From: Eledone cirrhosa
Taxonomy: Eukaryota
DNA length: 64,000 nucleotides
NCBI GenBank assembly: GCA_964016885.1
Contig: CAXHJY010001373.1
Span: 1 to 64,000, forward strand
Reading direction: 5' to 3'
The translations under genes were made by a program, and so were the position numbers. Positions 12,923 to 25,548 of the stretch are shown piece after piece. Positions within the stretch are counted from its first letter, which is position 1, and every line of letters begins with the position of its first letter. The notes under the pieces were generated by a model, which saw only the letters and a list, made by a program, of their open reading frames with translations, searched no databases and was not told the origin of the DNA.

Positions 12923-13179
12923 TAAAAAAAACATTGTGTAATAGTAGTTCTCGCCCGATGGTTAATGTGGCGTGAAACTCTTATCACAAGGTAAAAATAC
13001 AAACAAACAATGTTTTGATTTCTTCATTTATTCACCGAAAATACCATTTGAACATATATATGTTTCTATAAGTGTGTGATAGATAACTACATGATAGTTG
13101 TTGGAAAGATGATTGAATAAAAACAACATGAACTGGGGAAATTTAAGTTAAAACATCAAACATTTTAGTTCCCTGGGCA

Positions 13180-13860
13180 CATCCAACAATCATTCTTTCT
13201 TGTCGAACTGGGTGAATTTGGCCTTGTCGTTGCTGAAGGAGTTGAACCACTTAACAGAGTCGCTGTTTACCCACTGGGACTAGTTGGATTTCTTCCTAAT
13301 AGTCTTAACTAGTCCTCTAAGAATATATTTGCTAACCAGCTCCATCTCTGTGCGTACTTGGTTCAAGATTCTACAGATGGGGTTAGTAGCAAAATAGGCC
13401 TTGTGATCTTTAGGAGTTAAAAAGGCCTCACGCTTAGCTAAGCATTCTAGTTTCTTATCTATATTAAGGGTGGAGGTCAGGTGCTTCACTTCTTTATTGA
13501 TGTTAATGTAAGCTGAGGTGTCTGCTTTTTTGTACTTCGACGTCATAGTTTTTCATGCCAGGTGGTTGTAAGTAGTTTGGTCAAGTTTATAAATATTGTT
13601 GGTTTTATCAAATAGGTCAAAATTATTAGGGGAAGATCTAAATTTTTTAATGTCTCGCTCGGAGTTAGAACTAATATAGGTAGGAAATTCTCGGTACTCC
13701 TAGACAAACACTTCCCTATAAAACATAAATACAGACCTGGCTCTAATAGACACAGAGTGAAACTCGGATATTCCTGTGCTAAAAATATGAAAGCCCACAT
13801 CACCAACAACCTTAAGAGCTCTCTCCCATGTTCTTGTAAAAGGCCAGAATCATGCCTTCG
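13180..13860. pseudogene. Penelope-like element RT fragments joined in inverted orientation
   Basis: Minus 13180-13546: AFLTPKDHK...NPICRILN...SKYIL...QWVNSDSVKWFN...FTQFD. Plus ~13660-13820: VRTNIGRKFSVLLDKHFP...NRHRVKLGYSCAKNMKAHI. Confidence 0.75.
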
Positions 13861-13989
13861 TCAACCAGCATAACCTCCTACGTCTATTGTTAACAACTTG
13901 ACAGTTTAGCGATGAAGATCGCACAGGTGCGCCCACACCATGGTCCTGTTTGATTCCTTTATTATAATGCTAGGCTGTATACATCAAAG

Positions 13990-14325
13990 ATGACCTGTGA
14001 GAAGATGCTGGAGCTAGGTTGGGAGGTTCTGCCCCCCCCCCCCCCCCCCCAATATTTGCCCGACCTCGCGCCGACAGACTATCAACTTTTTCTCCCAAGG
14101 AGCAATGCAATGCAGTCGAAGATTGTCAATGAAGACAAGTTAAATCAGTGACTGACGGAATTTTTTTTCATCGAATCCAGAAGAATTCTACATGGATGGA
14201 ATCAAGTGCATTGGTAATCGTAAATGATGGTGATTATTTTGACTTGTAAAATTTCCCTTCTGTCAAAAAACGCAAAAGACAATAAAAATTTGAAAAACGG
14301 TGAGAACTTTCTGTCCAACCTAATA
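13990..14325 (+). mobile_element. Mariner transposase 3' fragment with right TIR
   Basis: LELGWEVLPPP..YLPDLAPTDY resembles the YSPDLAPSDY motif. Ends in CCAACCTAA followed by TA. Confidence 0.8.
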
Positions 14326-14714
14326 TATAGTTTAAAATAGGACGTTGCCCTCTGGATATATTTAAACATATATTAAAAACATAACAAGCCATCAAGATTA
14401 TGAAACCCTAGATTGTAGCCCACTTAGTGCATATGTAAATCCACTACAGGATGTGGATCTTCAATTTTCTTTTAAGTGGCCAATGAAAAACGTGTTGTGG
14501 ACTTCTGGGAGTCCTCTTTCCGCCCGTTGAGCATTATTGGCCCAGCGCATAAAGGTACAAATATCATTAGTTTAGAAATAAAACGTTCATAGTTCCAATC
14601 CTGACAGGATTCATGTATATATGTATATCCAAGAATATAGCACACAATAACAACCAGAGATTAAACTAATGCAAACATTATGCAGACACACACGCGTATA
14701 CATGCATGAATGGA

Positions 14715-15010
14715 TGTATGTTGCTGCCCGAGATGCTACTCATCATACCTGTCAAGCATGTGGAAAAGAGTGTAGATCAGTAGGAGGGCTCAAACGATAT
14801 GCAAAAGTACATGAAGCCCAACCACAGTCCACTATTGCCAGTGAATGTTTTAGTTGCCAACTTTGAGCAAGACATTTTAGATCATTGGCTGGGTTAAAAA
14901 GCCACATTCAATCACAGCATCGTTAATTATTAATATATATGTGTGTTCTTTTTTTTTTCGTGCAATGGCCATACTCGGTAACGAGTGGGTAGCCATCTTG
15001 TATGTATGTG
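14715..15010 (+). mobile_element. RTE-like LINE 3' end (two C2H2 fingers, 3' UTR, TATG tail)
   Basis: TCQACGKECRSVGGLKRYAKVH and CQL*ARHFRSLAGLKSHIQSQHR*, then GGCCATACTCG...CGAGT and (TATG)n. Confidence 0.7.
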
Positions 15011-15014
15011 TACA

Positions 15015-15362
15015 TAGTCGGGTCGTTGGCGACTAAACTGGCAAACGCACTAAGCTTGCTTGGTGAGGAGGGTGATTTTGGGCACCCTGTGGGATAAAAA
15101 ACAAAACCCGTCAAAGGGCGGAGAAACTCAAGAGAATCAGGGTCATCCAATACAGAATTTTTTCTCGAGCAAGAGACTCCTAGTCTTCACTAAGACATCT
15201 CTCTAGGAGAAGGTCACTCAGATGTAAAACCTGTGACTTCGTTTGCATCCAAAGATGTAGACCAGTTCTACTTTTTTAGTACATGCATTCGATATTAAGA
15301 GGGTGGGATTGGCCCCGTGCAAAGCCTTTTCTCACTTAAAAAAGCTTAAATCACAGGCATCG
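15015..15362 (+). mobile_element. RTE-type 5'-UTR-like repeat (same family as 15665, 16694, 23024, 28040)
   Basis: Shared blocks GGGTCG..CGACTAAACTGG, TTGGTGAGGAGGGTGA, CTAGGAGAAGG..AACTC and CACAGGCAT. Confidence 0.7.
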
Positions 15363-15483
15363 CTTGGAGGTTAACTTTGCCTTTCATCCTTACGGGGTCG
15401 ATAAAATAAAGTACCAGTAATGTACTGGTTATTTGCTGGCCTTGTGCTAAAAGTAGAAACAATTATTAATATTAATATAAAAA

Positions 15484-15625
15484 ATGTACATTTGGTTCAA
15501 CAAATTTCATTCCAATGTCTGTCGAAAATTGGGCAATGAGGTCCAATTGTTTTTTTACGTGGTTGATATTTGGCCCATACAATTTCAGGTCACCGACAAA
15601 GTAAAGATTGGAGATATTTCTGGTT
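15484..15625 (-). pseudogene. Short, diverged R4-type RT fragment
   Basis: ISNLYFVGDLKLYGPNINHVKKQLDLIAQFSTDIGMKF is homologous to the 17205-20588 ORF. It abuts (TATG)n. Confidence 0.75.
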
Positions 15626-15664
15626 CCATTATGTATGTTTGTATGTATGTATGTATGTATTATG

Positions 15665-16300
<636 letters not shown>

Positions 16301-16498
16301 AATTAATTAATAATTATTAATAATTGTTTCTACTTTAGGCACAAGGCCAGCAATTAACCAGTGCATTACTGGTACTTTATTTTATCGACCCCGTGAGGAT
16401 GAAAGGAAAAGTTAACCTTATTAATAATGGTATATTGTGCAATGGCCATACTCGATAAGAAGGGGGCAGCCATAATCATGTATGCATGTATGTATGTA

Positions 16499-16636
16499 CA
16501 GGGCCGCCAAGAGAAATTTTGGGGCCCGACGCAGGAAAAGATTTTCTCAAAATGGATGTTGCATGGTTGCTGTCGGGGCCTTCTTAGCTGGGCCCCGGAA
16601 CAATGTACCGGCTGGAACCCCCTCTCATAGGCCCTG
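16499..16636. mobile_element. hAT-type MITE inserted in (TATG)n
   Basis: Termini CAGGGCC / GGCCCTG, with the 8-bp flank TGTATGTA on both sides. Confidence 0.7.
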
Positions 16637-16693
16637 TGTATGTATGTATGTATGTATGTATGTATGTATGTATGTATGTATGTATGTATGTAT

Positions 16694-17123
16694 CCGGGAG
16701 AGATGACCCCTTAGCCTTTGTCAAGGCAGAATTCTAGGAGAAGGAAAACTCTGATATAACACCTGCAACCCTGATGGTATCCAATGATGTTGACTTGTTC
16801 TTCTTTTTGGTAAATATCATCTTGGTTAAGAGAGTGGGACTGGCTTTGTGCAGTGCCTTTGCTCACTATAAAAGCTTCACGGCACAGGCATTACTTTATA
16901 TCTGGAGATCTTTCTGCACTTGTCGTCACATGGTACCATAGGCCCAGCACTATGTGACAATAATTGTCACAAGTGTAGTGTTTGTACCAGAGTTTTCAAG
17001 TCGCTGGCTGGACTAAAAAGTCACACACATTCAGCGCATCGGTAGGGGTTCTCCTACATGGATATAAAGTAGTGGCCGTACTCGAAAACGAGTTGGCAGC
17101 CACCATCTATGTATGTATGTATG
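16694..17123 (+). mobile_element. Bipartite non-autonomous RTE-derived element, 5'-truncated copy
   Basis: Nearly identical to 23206-23640. A 5'-UTR-like block is fused to a C2H2-coding 3' end and a TATG tail. Confidence 0.75.
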
Positions 17124-20100
17124 TTTTCTCTTTCTCTTAATTTCGAGTATATTTTTTTGACCGGCCACCTTCCTGGTGGCAAGGTTGTAAAAGAAAAGAA
17201 ATTGTCATCCCTTGAATCGCAAGAATGTTTTGCAAATTTTGAAGGTGCCAGCTATCGCAGCCATTTGTAGACTATGAATTAGGGAGCTGCGCTTTTTGTC
17301 CGCAAATCCAAGTTCGGTCATACTTTGGTCCAAGCGGGTTGGTATATAACCCGTAGCACCAATAATGATGGGTATGAAGCTAAAGGTGTATCTTGGATAC
17401 TGGATTTGTAAACTCCTCATCAATGGTCCGTAGATGTCCTCCTTCTCCTGTATTTTTCTGACAACGTTTATATCAAGTGGGCAGCTGATCTCCACAACAG
17501 AACACGTTTTCAATGTGTGGTCCCAAACTACAATATCAGGCCGGTTGTGCTTTAATTTGGTGTCAGTTTTTATTTTCAGGTTCCACCAGTATTCCTTAGT
17601 GCCATCTGTCTCAATATATTCTTCCTCGTTTGTTGTTAATTTTGTTTTCCGAAGTGCGTTCCAGATGGTTCTAGCTATCCCATCGTGTCTCATGGGGAGG
17701 TAGTAGCGAGATGACATTCTTTCGCAGCTGGCAACAATGTGGCTTACATCCCCGATCTTTGTTTTACATAGCCTACATTTATTGTCAGCTGCTGGCCCTC
17801 CTCTTTTGTGCAGCAGATATTTGGTAGGGAGTTCTTGTTCCTGTATTGCATAGTGATATCCCTCAAGGTGTGATGTCATAAACTTGTCGGAACTCCATGC
17901 CAGGCTTTTTGAGTGGTTTATCCCCTCTATGGTCTGTGTTTTACGCCTCAAGTATCCATGCACAACTTTTTCTGTAAATTGGTCAATTTTTTTTTCTTGT
18001 TTGAACATTGAATAGGATCTTCCGATTTCTCTGGGTGAGAGATTTATATCAGGCTTTATTCCATATCTCTCCTCCAGATCAGTCGCTATTCTAATGATAT
18101 TTCTTTTTTCATGCTCATAAACCTGAGCAAGATGGTTGCCAACCTTTTTCCTCTGTTGAAGGTGTTGCTTCAGTGTTACTATTCGGGTCTCATATGTTGT
18201 TAATATTGATTTTAGACCCCGGCCACCTTCCTTGCGTGAGAAGTATAGCCTATCCACATCACCATTGATGTTAAAGTTCCCAGTAACACTGAGAAGTTTT
18301 CGAGTTCTAACATCCATCTCACTTAGTTCTTGCAATGACCAGTTCAGTAGGCCAAATGTTGGCGTTAGAATTGGCACAGCATAAGTATTGTGGGCAATGT
18401 ATTTGTTGTATGCTGACAGTTCTGATGACCATATTTTCTTTACTCTTCTGAGGTATTCAGTTCTGGTTCTCTCCTTATTTATGGGTCCATCATATCTGAC
18501 ATTCTCATCCTGTCCAAGATATCTGTAGTTGTCACCTGACTGCAGAGGTTGTATTGTCAGGCCGTTCATCTCTAGATTTCTAGAGGAGGGCACAGCTCTT
18601 CCACGTTTTACTGCCAAATATGCACACTTGGACTCACCAAATTTCATTTTGATGTCGGTTGAAAATTGTGTAATGAGGTCCAATTGTTTCTTGATGTCAT
18701 TGATATTTGGCCCATACAACTTCAGGTCATCAACAAAGAAAAGATGGGAGATACTTCTGGGCCCACTTCTTTGTCCACCTTGTTTCCTGAGTAGGTAAGA
18801 TAGTGGATTCAGTGAGAGAACGAAGAGTAGTACCAACAAGCTATCACCCTGAAAGATGCCCTTCTGGTAATGTATCTTATCAGTCTTAACCTGCTCCTTC
18901 TCACCTCTAAGGATCAAATTGGTGTACCAGTTCTTGGTCAGGCGTTCAACAGCAGCTACCAATGGTTGTGGGACTTTAGCTAACTGTAAAGCCTTAATAA
19001 TCCACCCATGAGGTACACTATCAAATGCTTTTTGATAGTCCAGCCACACGACAGTCATATTTCTGCGATTCTTTGTTGTTTTTTCCTGAATCATTTTGTT
19101 AGTTAGTAGGTGATCTATGCAACCCCACACCTCCCTCTTTCCACCAGCTTGCTCAGGTGTTATGATGTTGTTGGTAGCACAGTGATCCTGTAAGAACAGG
19201 TTAAGGCACCCAGTATATAATTTATACATGATGTTTTGAAAGGCAATTGGGCGGTAATTTTTAGCAAGGGTGGTTTGGCTATTTTGGGGAATGAGGAGAG
19301 TAGTGGCAGTTGATAACCATCTGGGCAGTTCTTGTGTGCCCTTAATGGTTTCTGTAAACAGCCGTATGAGATCTTGCCGATAGAAAGTGAAATTCTTCAA
19401 CCGGTATCCTGTAATGAGGTCTGGGCCTGGCGATTTCCTATTCGACATTTTCTGTAGAGCTGTTTCCAGTATTGACCCATCTATGTCATATTGTTTTGTC
19501 TGGACATGTTGGCAGTAGTCCTGTTCCAGTTCTTTTAGCCAATTAGCTTGTCTGTTGAATCCGTCATCCGTTTCCCATACAGATCTCCAGTAGCTCTCAA
19601 CCTGTTCTTTTGAAGGGGTGTCGTTTACAGGGATTGAGCTTTTGCCACCTAAGCTGCGATAAACTGATTTAGGATCTCTGGCAAACAATCTATTTAGCAC
19701 TTGTCGTTTATGTGCTGTTGACTTATATTTTAGTCTTTCTGTTGTAGCTGTGAGTTGTTGTTTCAACTGGTGTAATTTGGAGTTCAAAGTTTTAAATTTG
19801 GTATCTCCAAATCGTCTCTCTAACTTTTTCTTTAGGTCTTCCTGGTGTCGTGTGCAGTTGCTCTCTATGTTGCATTTCATAACGACTGCGATGTGTGAGA
19901 TACTTCGTCTCGGGGACAAAATTTTGGTTTTTAAATTTCGCATCCACGCTGGTTCAGGCTTTCTGTTTGTATCTTGATTGCGTGGTTTTAGATGTGTGTT
20001 ATATGATAGCAATGTGACAGCTGAAACATATAACAAAATATTAAGCGTTTCAAATGTCGTTTCTACACCTTTAGATCGTATAGCCTTCAGATAATTGCCA

Positions 20101-20975
20101 GCTATTTCGTTCACCGCTTCCAATTCCAATTTAGTGGGTTCTTTACTGACTCTAGTGTTGTATGGTCTGTCACTCACATTAAGGCTGTGTATCTCTTGAA
20201 ACATATCGTTCCATATCACTTGTAGGGTGCCCACAAGTTTTTGGTGCTCTGTTTGTTCAGTAGAGTCATGAATTGCAGCCTCGTTGTTGATGTGCTGACA
20301 ATTACTACTAGAGTCAGCTGACCTTTCTCGCTGTTCTTCAGTGGAAGTGGGATGGATTTCAGCAAAATTGTTGGTGAGCTGTTCACTGTTAGATTTAGCT
20401 GGCCATTCTCTTTGTCTGTCAGTGGAGGTGGGGTGGTTGTCTACAAGGGCTGTATTTGTAGTATCACTCAATTCCGTTAGATGTATCAATTTACATCTAA
20501 TGATACGTGTTGCCTGTTCATTTAGATGCTTTGGAGAAAAGTCTAATTCTGGGTGTTTGGAGTTCCATAAAGTTTTTAGCCTTTGCATAAAACCGAACTT
20601 TTGGGGTTCAGATTGTTTGTATGCTTCATATAATACTTTGTTAAGCTCGTAGCTCCATTGTGTACAACGGTTGTAGTTGCGATTTGGTCGAAGGAGACTT
20701 GTACTTTTTGCTATGATGAGTTCATCTATTCACTAATATTTCGTATTTATTTTTTTAAATAGTCGATGATCTTCTTTAAAAGTTACGACAAAGTTCTGTC
20801 AGAATCAAATTTAAAGTTATTCACAGCTTGGGTAATATTTCTTTTCAGTTAGTTTTTAATTCTACAACTGTGTTTTAAACGTTGTTCTTGAATCGTTTGA
20901 ATCGAGAACAAAAAGAACCGTTACTTAGTATATTCCTTTATGAATGTAATATAATATAACAACGTTGTATTTATA
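17124..20975 (-). mobile_element. R4/Dong-like LINE with restriction-like endonuclease, near full length
   Basis: Single long RT+CCHC+RLE ORF, short 3' UTR, (CATA)n at the 3' end, AT-rich 5' UTR. Clade is assigned from motifs only. Confidence 0.85.
17205..20588 (-). CDS. Retrotransposon protein: RT, CCHC knuckle and PD-(D/E)xK endonuclease (1127 aa; frame stays open ~45 codons further upstream)
   Basis: KSPGPD, YRPIA, WLDYQKAFDSVPH, GIFQGDSL, FVDDLKLY, CRLC...SHIVASC, RHD and NRPDIVVWD...VEISCP. Confidence 0.93.
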   Translation of the reverse strand: MQRLKTLWNSKHPELDFSPKHLNEQATRIIRCKLIHLTELSDTTNTALVDNHPTSTDRQREWPAKSNSEQLTNNFAEIHPTSTEEQRERSADSSSNCQHINNEAAIHDSTEQTEHQKLVGTLQVIWNDMFQEIHSLNVSDRPYNTRVSKEPTKLELEAVNEIAGNYLKAIRSKGVETTFETLNILLYVSAVTLLSYNTHLKPRNQDTNRKPEPAWMRNLKTKILSPRRSISHIAVVMKCNIESNCTRHQEDLKKKLERRFGDTKFKTLNSKLHQLKQQLTATTERLKYKSTAHKRQVLNRLFARDPKSVYRSLGGKSSIPVNDTPSKEQVESYWRSVWETDDGFNRQANWLKELEQDYCQHVQTKQYDIDGSILETALQKMSNRKSPGPDLITGYRLKNFTFYRQDLIRLFTETIKGTQELPRWLSTATTLLIPQNSQTTLAKNYRPIAFQNIMYKLYTGCLNLFLQDHCATNNIITPEQAGGKREVWGCIDHLLTNKMIQEKTTKNRRNMTVVWLDYQKAFDSVPHGWIIKALQLAKVPQPLVAAVERLTKNWYTNLILRGEKEQVKTDKIHYQKGIFQGDSLLVLLFVLSLNPLSYLLRKQGGQRSGPRSISHLFFVDDLKLYGPNINDIKKQLDLITQFSTDIKMKFGESKCAYLAVKRGRAVPSSRNLEMNGLTIQPLQSGDNYRYLGQDENVRYDGPINKERTRTEYLRRVKKIWSSELSAYNKYIAHNTYAVPILTPTFGLLNWSLQELSEMDVRTRKLLSVTGNFNINGDVDRLYFSRKEGGRGLKSILTTYETRIVTLKQHLQQRKKVGNHLAQVYEHEKRNIIRIATDLEERYGIKPDINLSPREIGRSYSMFKQEKKIDQFTEKVVHGYLRRKTQTIEGINHSKSLAWSSDKFMTSHLEGYHYAIQEQELPTKYLLHKRGGPAADNKCRLCKTKIGDVSHIVASCERMSSRYYLPMRHDGIARTIWNALRKTKLTTNEEEYIETDGTKEYWWNLKIKTDTKLKHNRPDIVVWDHTLKTCSVVEISCPLDINVVRKIQEKEDIYGPLMRSLQIQYPRYTFSFIPIIIGATGYIPTRLDQSMTELGFADKKRSSLIHSLQMAAIAGTFKICKTFLRFKG

Positions 20976-20989
20976 TGTATGTATGTATG

Positions 20990-22945
20990 TTTTCTCTTTC
21001 TCTTAATTTCGAGTATATTTTTTTGACCGGCCACCTTCCTGGTGGCAAGGTTGTAAAAGAAAAGAAATTGTCATCCCTTGAATCGCAAGAATGTTTTGCA
21101 TATTTTGAAGGTGCCAGCTATCGCAGCCATTTGTAGACTATGAATTAGGGAGCTGCGCTTTTTGTCCGCAAATCCAAGTTCGGTCATACTTTGGTCCAAG
21201 CGGGTTGGTATATAACCCGTAGCACCAATAATGATGGGTATGAAGCTAAAGGTGTATCTTAGATACTGGATTTGTAAGCTCCTCATCAATGGTCCGTAGA
21301 TGTCCTCCTTCTCCTGTATTTTTCTGACAACGTTTACATCAAGTGGGCAGCTGATCTCCACAACAGAACACGTTTTCAATGTGTGGTCCCAAACTACAAT
21401 ATCAGGCCGGTTGTGCTTTAATTTGGTAGCAGTTTTTATTTTCAGGTTCCACCAGTATTCCTTAGTGCCATCTGTCTCAATATATTCTTCCTCGTTTGTT
21501 GTTAATTTTGTTTTCCGAAGTGCGTTCCAGATAGTTCTAGCTATCCCATCGTGTCTCATGGGGAGGTAGTAGCGAGATGACATTCTTTCGCAGCTGGCAA
21601 CAATGTGGCTTACATCCTCGATCTTTGTTTTACATAGCCTACATTTATTGTCAGCTGCTGGCCCTCCTCTTTTGTGCAGCAGATATTTGGTAGGGAGTTC
21701 TTGTTCCTGTATTGCATAGAGATATCCCTCAAGGTGTGATGTCATAAACTTGTCGGAACTCCATGCCAGGCTTTTTGAGTGGTTTATCCCCTCTATGGTC
21801 TGTGTTTTACGCCTCAAGTATCCATGCACAACTTTCTCTGTAAATTGGTCAATTTTTTTTTCTTGTTTGAACATTGAATAGGATCTTCCGATTTCTCTGG
21901 GTGAGAGATTTATATCAGGCTTTATTCCATATCTCTCCTCCAGATCAGTCGCTATTCTAATGATATTTCTTTTTTCATGCTCATAAACCTGAGCAAGATG
22001 GTCGCCAACCTTTTTCCTCTGTTGAAGGTGTTGCTTCAGTGTTACTATCCGGGTCTCATATGTTGTTAATATTGATTTTAGACCCCGGCCACCTTCCTTG
22101 CGTGAGAAGTATAGCCTATCCACATCACCATTGATGTTAAAGTTCCCAGTAACACTGAGAAGTTTTCGAGTTCTAACATCCATCTCACTTAGTTCTTGTA
22201 ATGACCAGTTCAGTAGGCCAAATGTTGGCGTTAGAATTGGCACAGCTTAGGTATTGTGGGCAATGTATTTGTTGTATGCTGACAGTTCTGATGACCATAT
22301 TTTTTTTACTCTTCTGAGGTATTCAGTTCTGGTTCTCTCCTTATTTATGGGTCCATCATATCTGACATTCTCATCCTGTCCAAGATATCTGTAGTTGTCA
22401 CCTGACTGCAGAGGTTGTATTGTCAGGCCGTTCATCTCTAGATTTCTAGAGGAGGGCACAGCTCTTCCACGTTTTACTGCCAAATATGCACACTTGGACT
22501 CACCAAATTTCATTTTGATGTCGGTTGAAAATTGTGTAATGAGGTCCAATTGTTTCTTGATGTCATTGATATTTGGCCCATACAACTTCAGGTCATCAAC
22601 AAAGAAAAGATGGGAGATACTTCTGGGCCCACTTCTTTGTCCACCTTGTTTCCTGAGTAGGTAAGATAGTGGATTCAGTGAGAGAACGAAGAGTAGTACT
22701 GACAAGCTATCACCCTGAAAGATGCCCTTCTGGTAATGTATCCTATCAGTCTTAACCTGCTCCTTCTCACCTCTAAGGATCAAATTGGTGTACCAGTTCT
22801 TGGTCAGGCGTTCAACAGCAGCTACTAATGGTTGTGGGACTTTAGCTAACTGTAAAGCCTTAATAATCCACCCATGAGGTACACCATCAAATGCTTTTTG
22901 ATAGTCCAGCCACACGACAGTCATGTTTCTGCGATTCTTTGTTGT
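20990..22945 (-). pseudogene. Second, 5'-truncated copy of the R4-like LINE with an in-frame stop
   Basis: Near-identical to 17124-19080. TAT>TAA at ~22247. Flanked by TATG repeats on both sides. Confidence 0.9.
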
Positions 22946-23023
22946 ATGTATGTATGTATGTATGTATGTATGTATGTATGTATGTATGTATGTATGCATG
23001 TATGTATGTATGTATGTATGTAT

Positions 23024-23640
23024 GGTGCTACTGGTAACATGTATCCCAGTACAACCTGTCTCATGGTCGGGTCGTAGGCGACTAAACTGGCAACCCCACC
23101 AAGGTTTCTTGGTGAGGAGGGTGACTTTGGACATCCTGCAGGACTAAAAACAAAACCTGTCAAAGGGCAAAGGAGCTCTTAAGAGTCAATGGCCATCCAA
23201 AATCACCGGGAGAGATGACCCCTTAGCCTTTGTCAAGGCAGAATTCTAGGAGAAGGAAAACTCTGATATAACACCTGCAACCCTGATGGTATCCAATGAT
23301 GTTGACTTGTTCTTCTTTTTGATAAATATCATCTTGGTTAAGAGAGTGGGACTGGCTTTGTGCAGTGCCTTTGCTCACTATAAAAGCTTCACGGCACAGG
23401 CATTGCTTTATATCTGGAGATCTCTCTGCACTTGTCGTCACATGGTACCATGGGCCCAGCACTATGTGTCAATAATTGTCACAAGTGTAGTGTTTGTGCC
23501 AGAGTTTTCATGTCGCAGGCTGGACTAAAAAGTCACACTCGTTCAGCGCATCAATAGGGTTTCTCCTACATGGATATAAAGTAGTGGCCATACTCGAAAA
23601 CGAGTTGGCAGCCACCATGTATGTATGTATGTATGTATGT
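23024..23640 (+). mobile_element. Bipartite non-autonomous RTE-derived element (~600 bp)
   Basis: 5'-UTR-like block (CTAGGAGAAGGAAAACTCTGA) joined at ~23405 to the coding end HKCSVCARVFMSQAGLKSHTRSAHQ*, a 3' UTR and (ATGT)n. Confidence 0.75.
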
Positions 23641-24974
23641 GTGTGAGTGTATTTATATCAGTATAAATCAGTACAAACAAGTCGTCGTATTTTAACAAAG
23701 AAAGGTGGGTAACTCTTTACAAGGGAGGTAACCCTCATAAAATCTATCTAGTTGATAAATACACATGAAAAATTACATAAATCTCAAATTTTATTTATTG
23801 AGTGAAAATTTCATATTCACTTGTATATATTTACAAACAAGAAGATAGAAAAAAAATGTGTGGGAGAGAAAAATAGGGTGGTATGGGAGAGGAAATATAT
23901 GGACCCTTGACTGGACCATACATTTCAGATACATCCCCGCGGACAAGATGGCGAACGCATTTCTGCGGAGAACAGCCAGCGATACCTTCTGCATCAAATT
24001 TGAATATATTGAGAGCTAGCCCCGGCATATATATATGAAAAGATTCAAGCCCCCGACGGCTGAGCTCCGGCCGTTTCAACAGCTAGATCCGAACTAAAGC
24101 GCCAGTATTACCCACTCTACTACCCCAAGTATCGAGTACTCTATTGGGTTATGGTCCACCCGGTATTTTACCACACCCTATCTGATATATATATATTCAA
24201 TTGTTATTGTATTAAACAACGTGAATAATTAATTACACATACATATGTAAACGCGGATGTAATATATATATATATGTGTGTGTGTGTGTGTATACATAGA
24301 GCGAAAGAGGGAAGGGGTAGAAGAATCGACTCAAGTGCTTGACTGGCATTTTATTTATCGACCTCGAAAGGACGAAAGGCAAAGTTGATCTCGACGGGAT
24401 TAGAACTCAGAACATAGAGATTCGGAACGAATAATGGGATGTATTCTATCAGACGATCTAACACCTCTTCCAAATCGCTTCATATATTCGAATAGACTCG
24501 GTTACATCCGGTAACTCCCGTCATCGTCAACTCTCCTACTTCATTCTCTGTATCTTTTATATTCCTCCCTTTATCTTTCTATCTTTTCCGCTTTCTTCCT
24601 CTTACTCTATATCCCTGTCTTCTTTTCTCTTTCTTATTCTCTGTATCCACCCTCGTTTCTTCTTTACCTTTTCTTTACAGTCTCTCTCATTCTCCCTGTC
24701 TCTTTCTCTTTTCTGCCTTAAACACTTACTCTACAGTCTCACGAGATATTACGAGAATTGCAGTAGCTGACAAGAATGCTAGTTTCCTGTCTGTCTCACT
24801 CTACGTAATAATGTCTGTAGTATGGTCGTTATTGTTCTGTGATTGTAGTCAATGTTTTTTGTACAGATGATCTACAGGAAGAACGGCTATGAACTACACT
24901 GGTCAACTATACACCCTGCCAGACATTGTTGTGTTGTTAAACACTGACAAAGACAGAGATAAAAGAGACACTAA

Positions 24975-25244
<270 letters not shown>

Positions 25245-25254
25245 TAATTATATC

Positions 25255-25548
25255 GCCCTCAGTATTTGACAGGTACTTTATTTTATTGACCCCTTTTAGG
25301 ATGAAAAGCAAAGTTGACCTCGACAGGATTTGAACTTAGAATGTAAAGAGCCGTAATTAAATGCCACAAAACATTTTTGTCCGGCTCTCTAACGAATCCT
25401 CCAGTCCACCCCCGGTAATAATAATAAGTGTTTCTATATTTGGCACAAGGCCAGCAATTTGAAGGGAAAGGGAAAGTTAACTAAATCGACTCAGTACGTT
25501 ACTGGTACTTTATTTTATCGACCCCGTAAGGATGAAAGACAAAGCTAA
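25255..25548 (-). mobile_element. Two OK/OR-like SINE copies
   Basis: Reverse-complement core GTACTTTATTTTATCGACCCC...GATGAAAG. Confidence 0.7.

Noticed and set aside
14669-14866. Host C2H2 zinc-finger gene
   Set aside because: The fingers are interrupted by a stop and followed by the LINE 3' UTR and TATG tail, so this is a retrotransposon C-terminus.
22247-23134. 295-aa ORF read as a fusion protein
   Set aside because: It is a chance read-through from an antisense repeat and (CATA)n into the truncated R4 RT.
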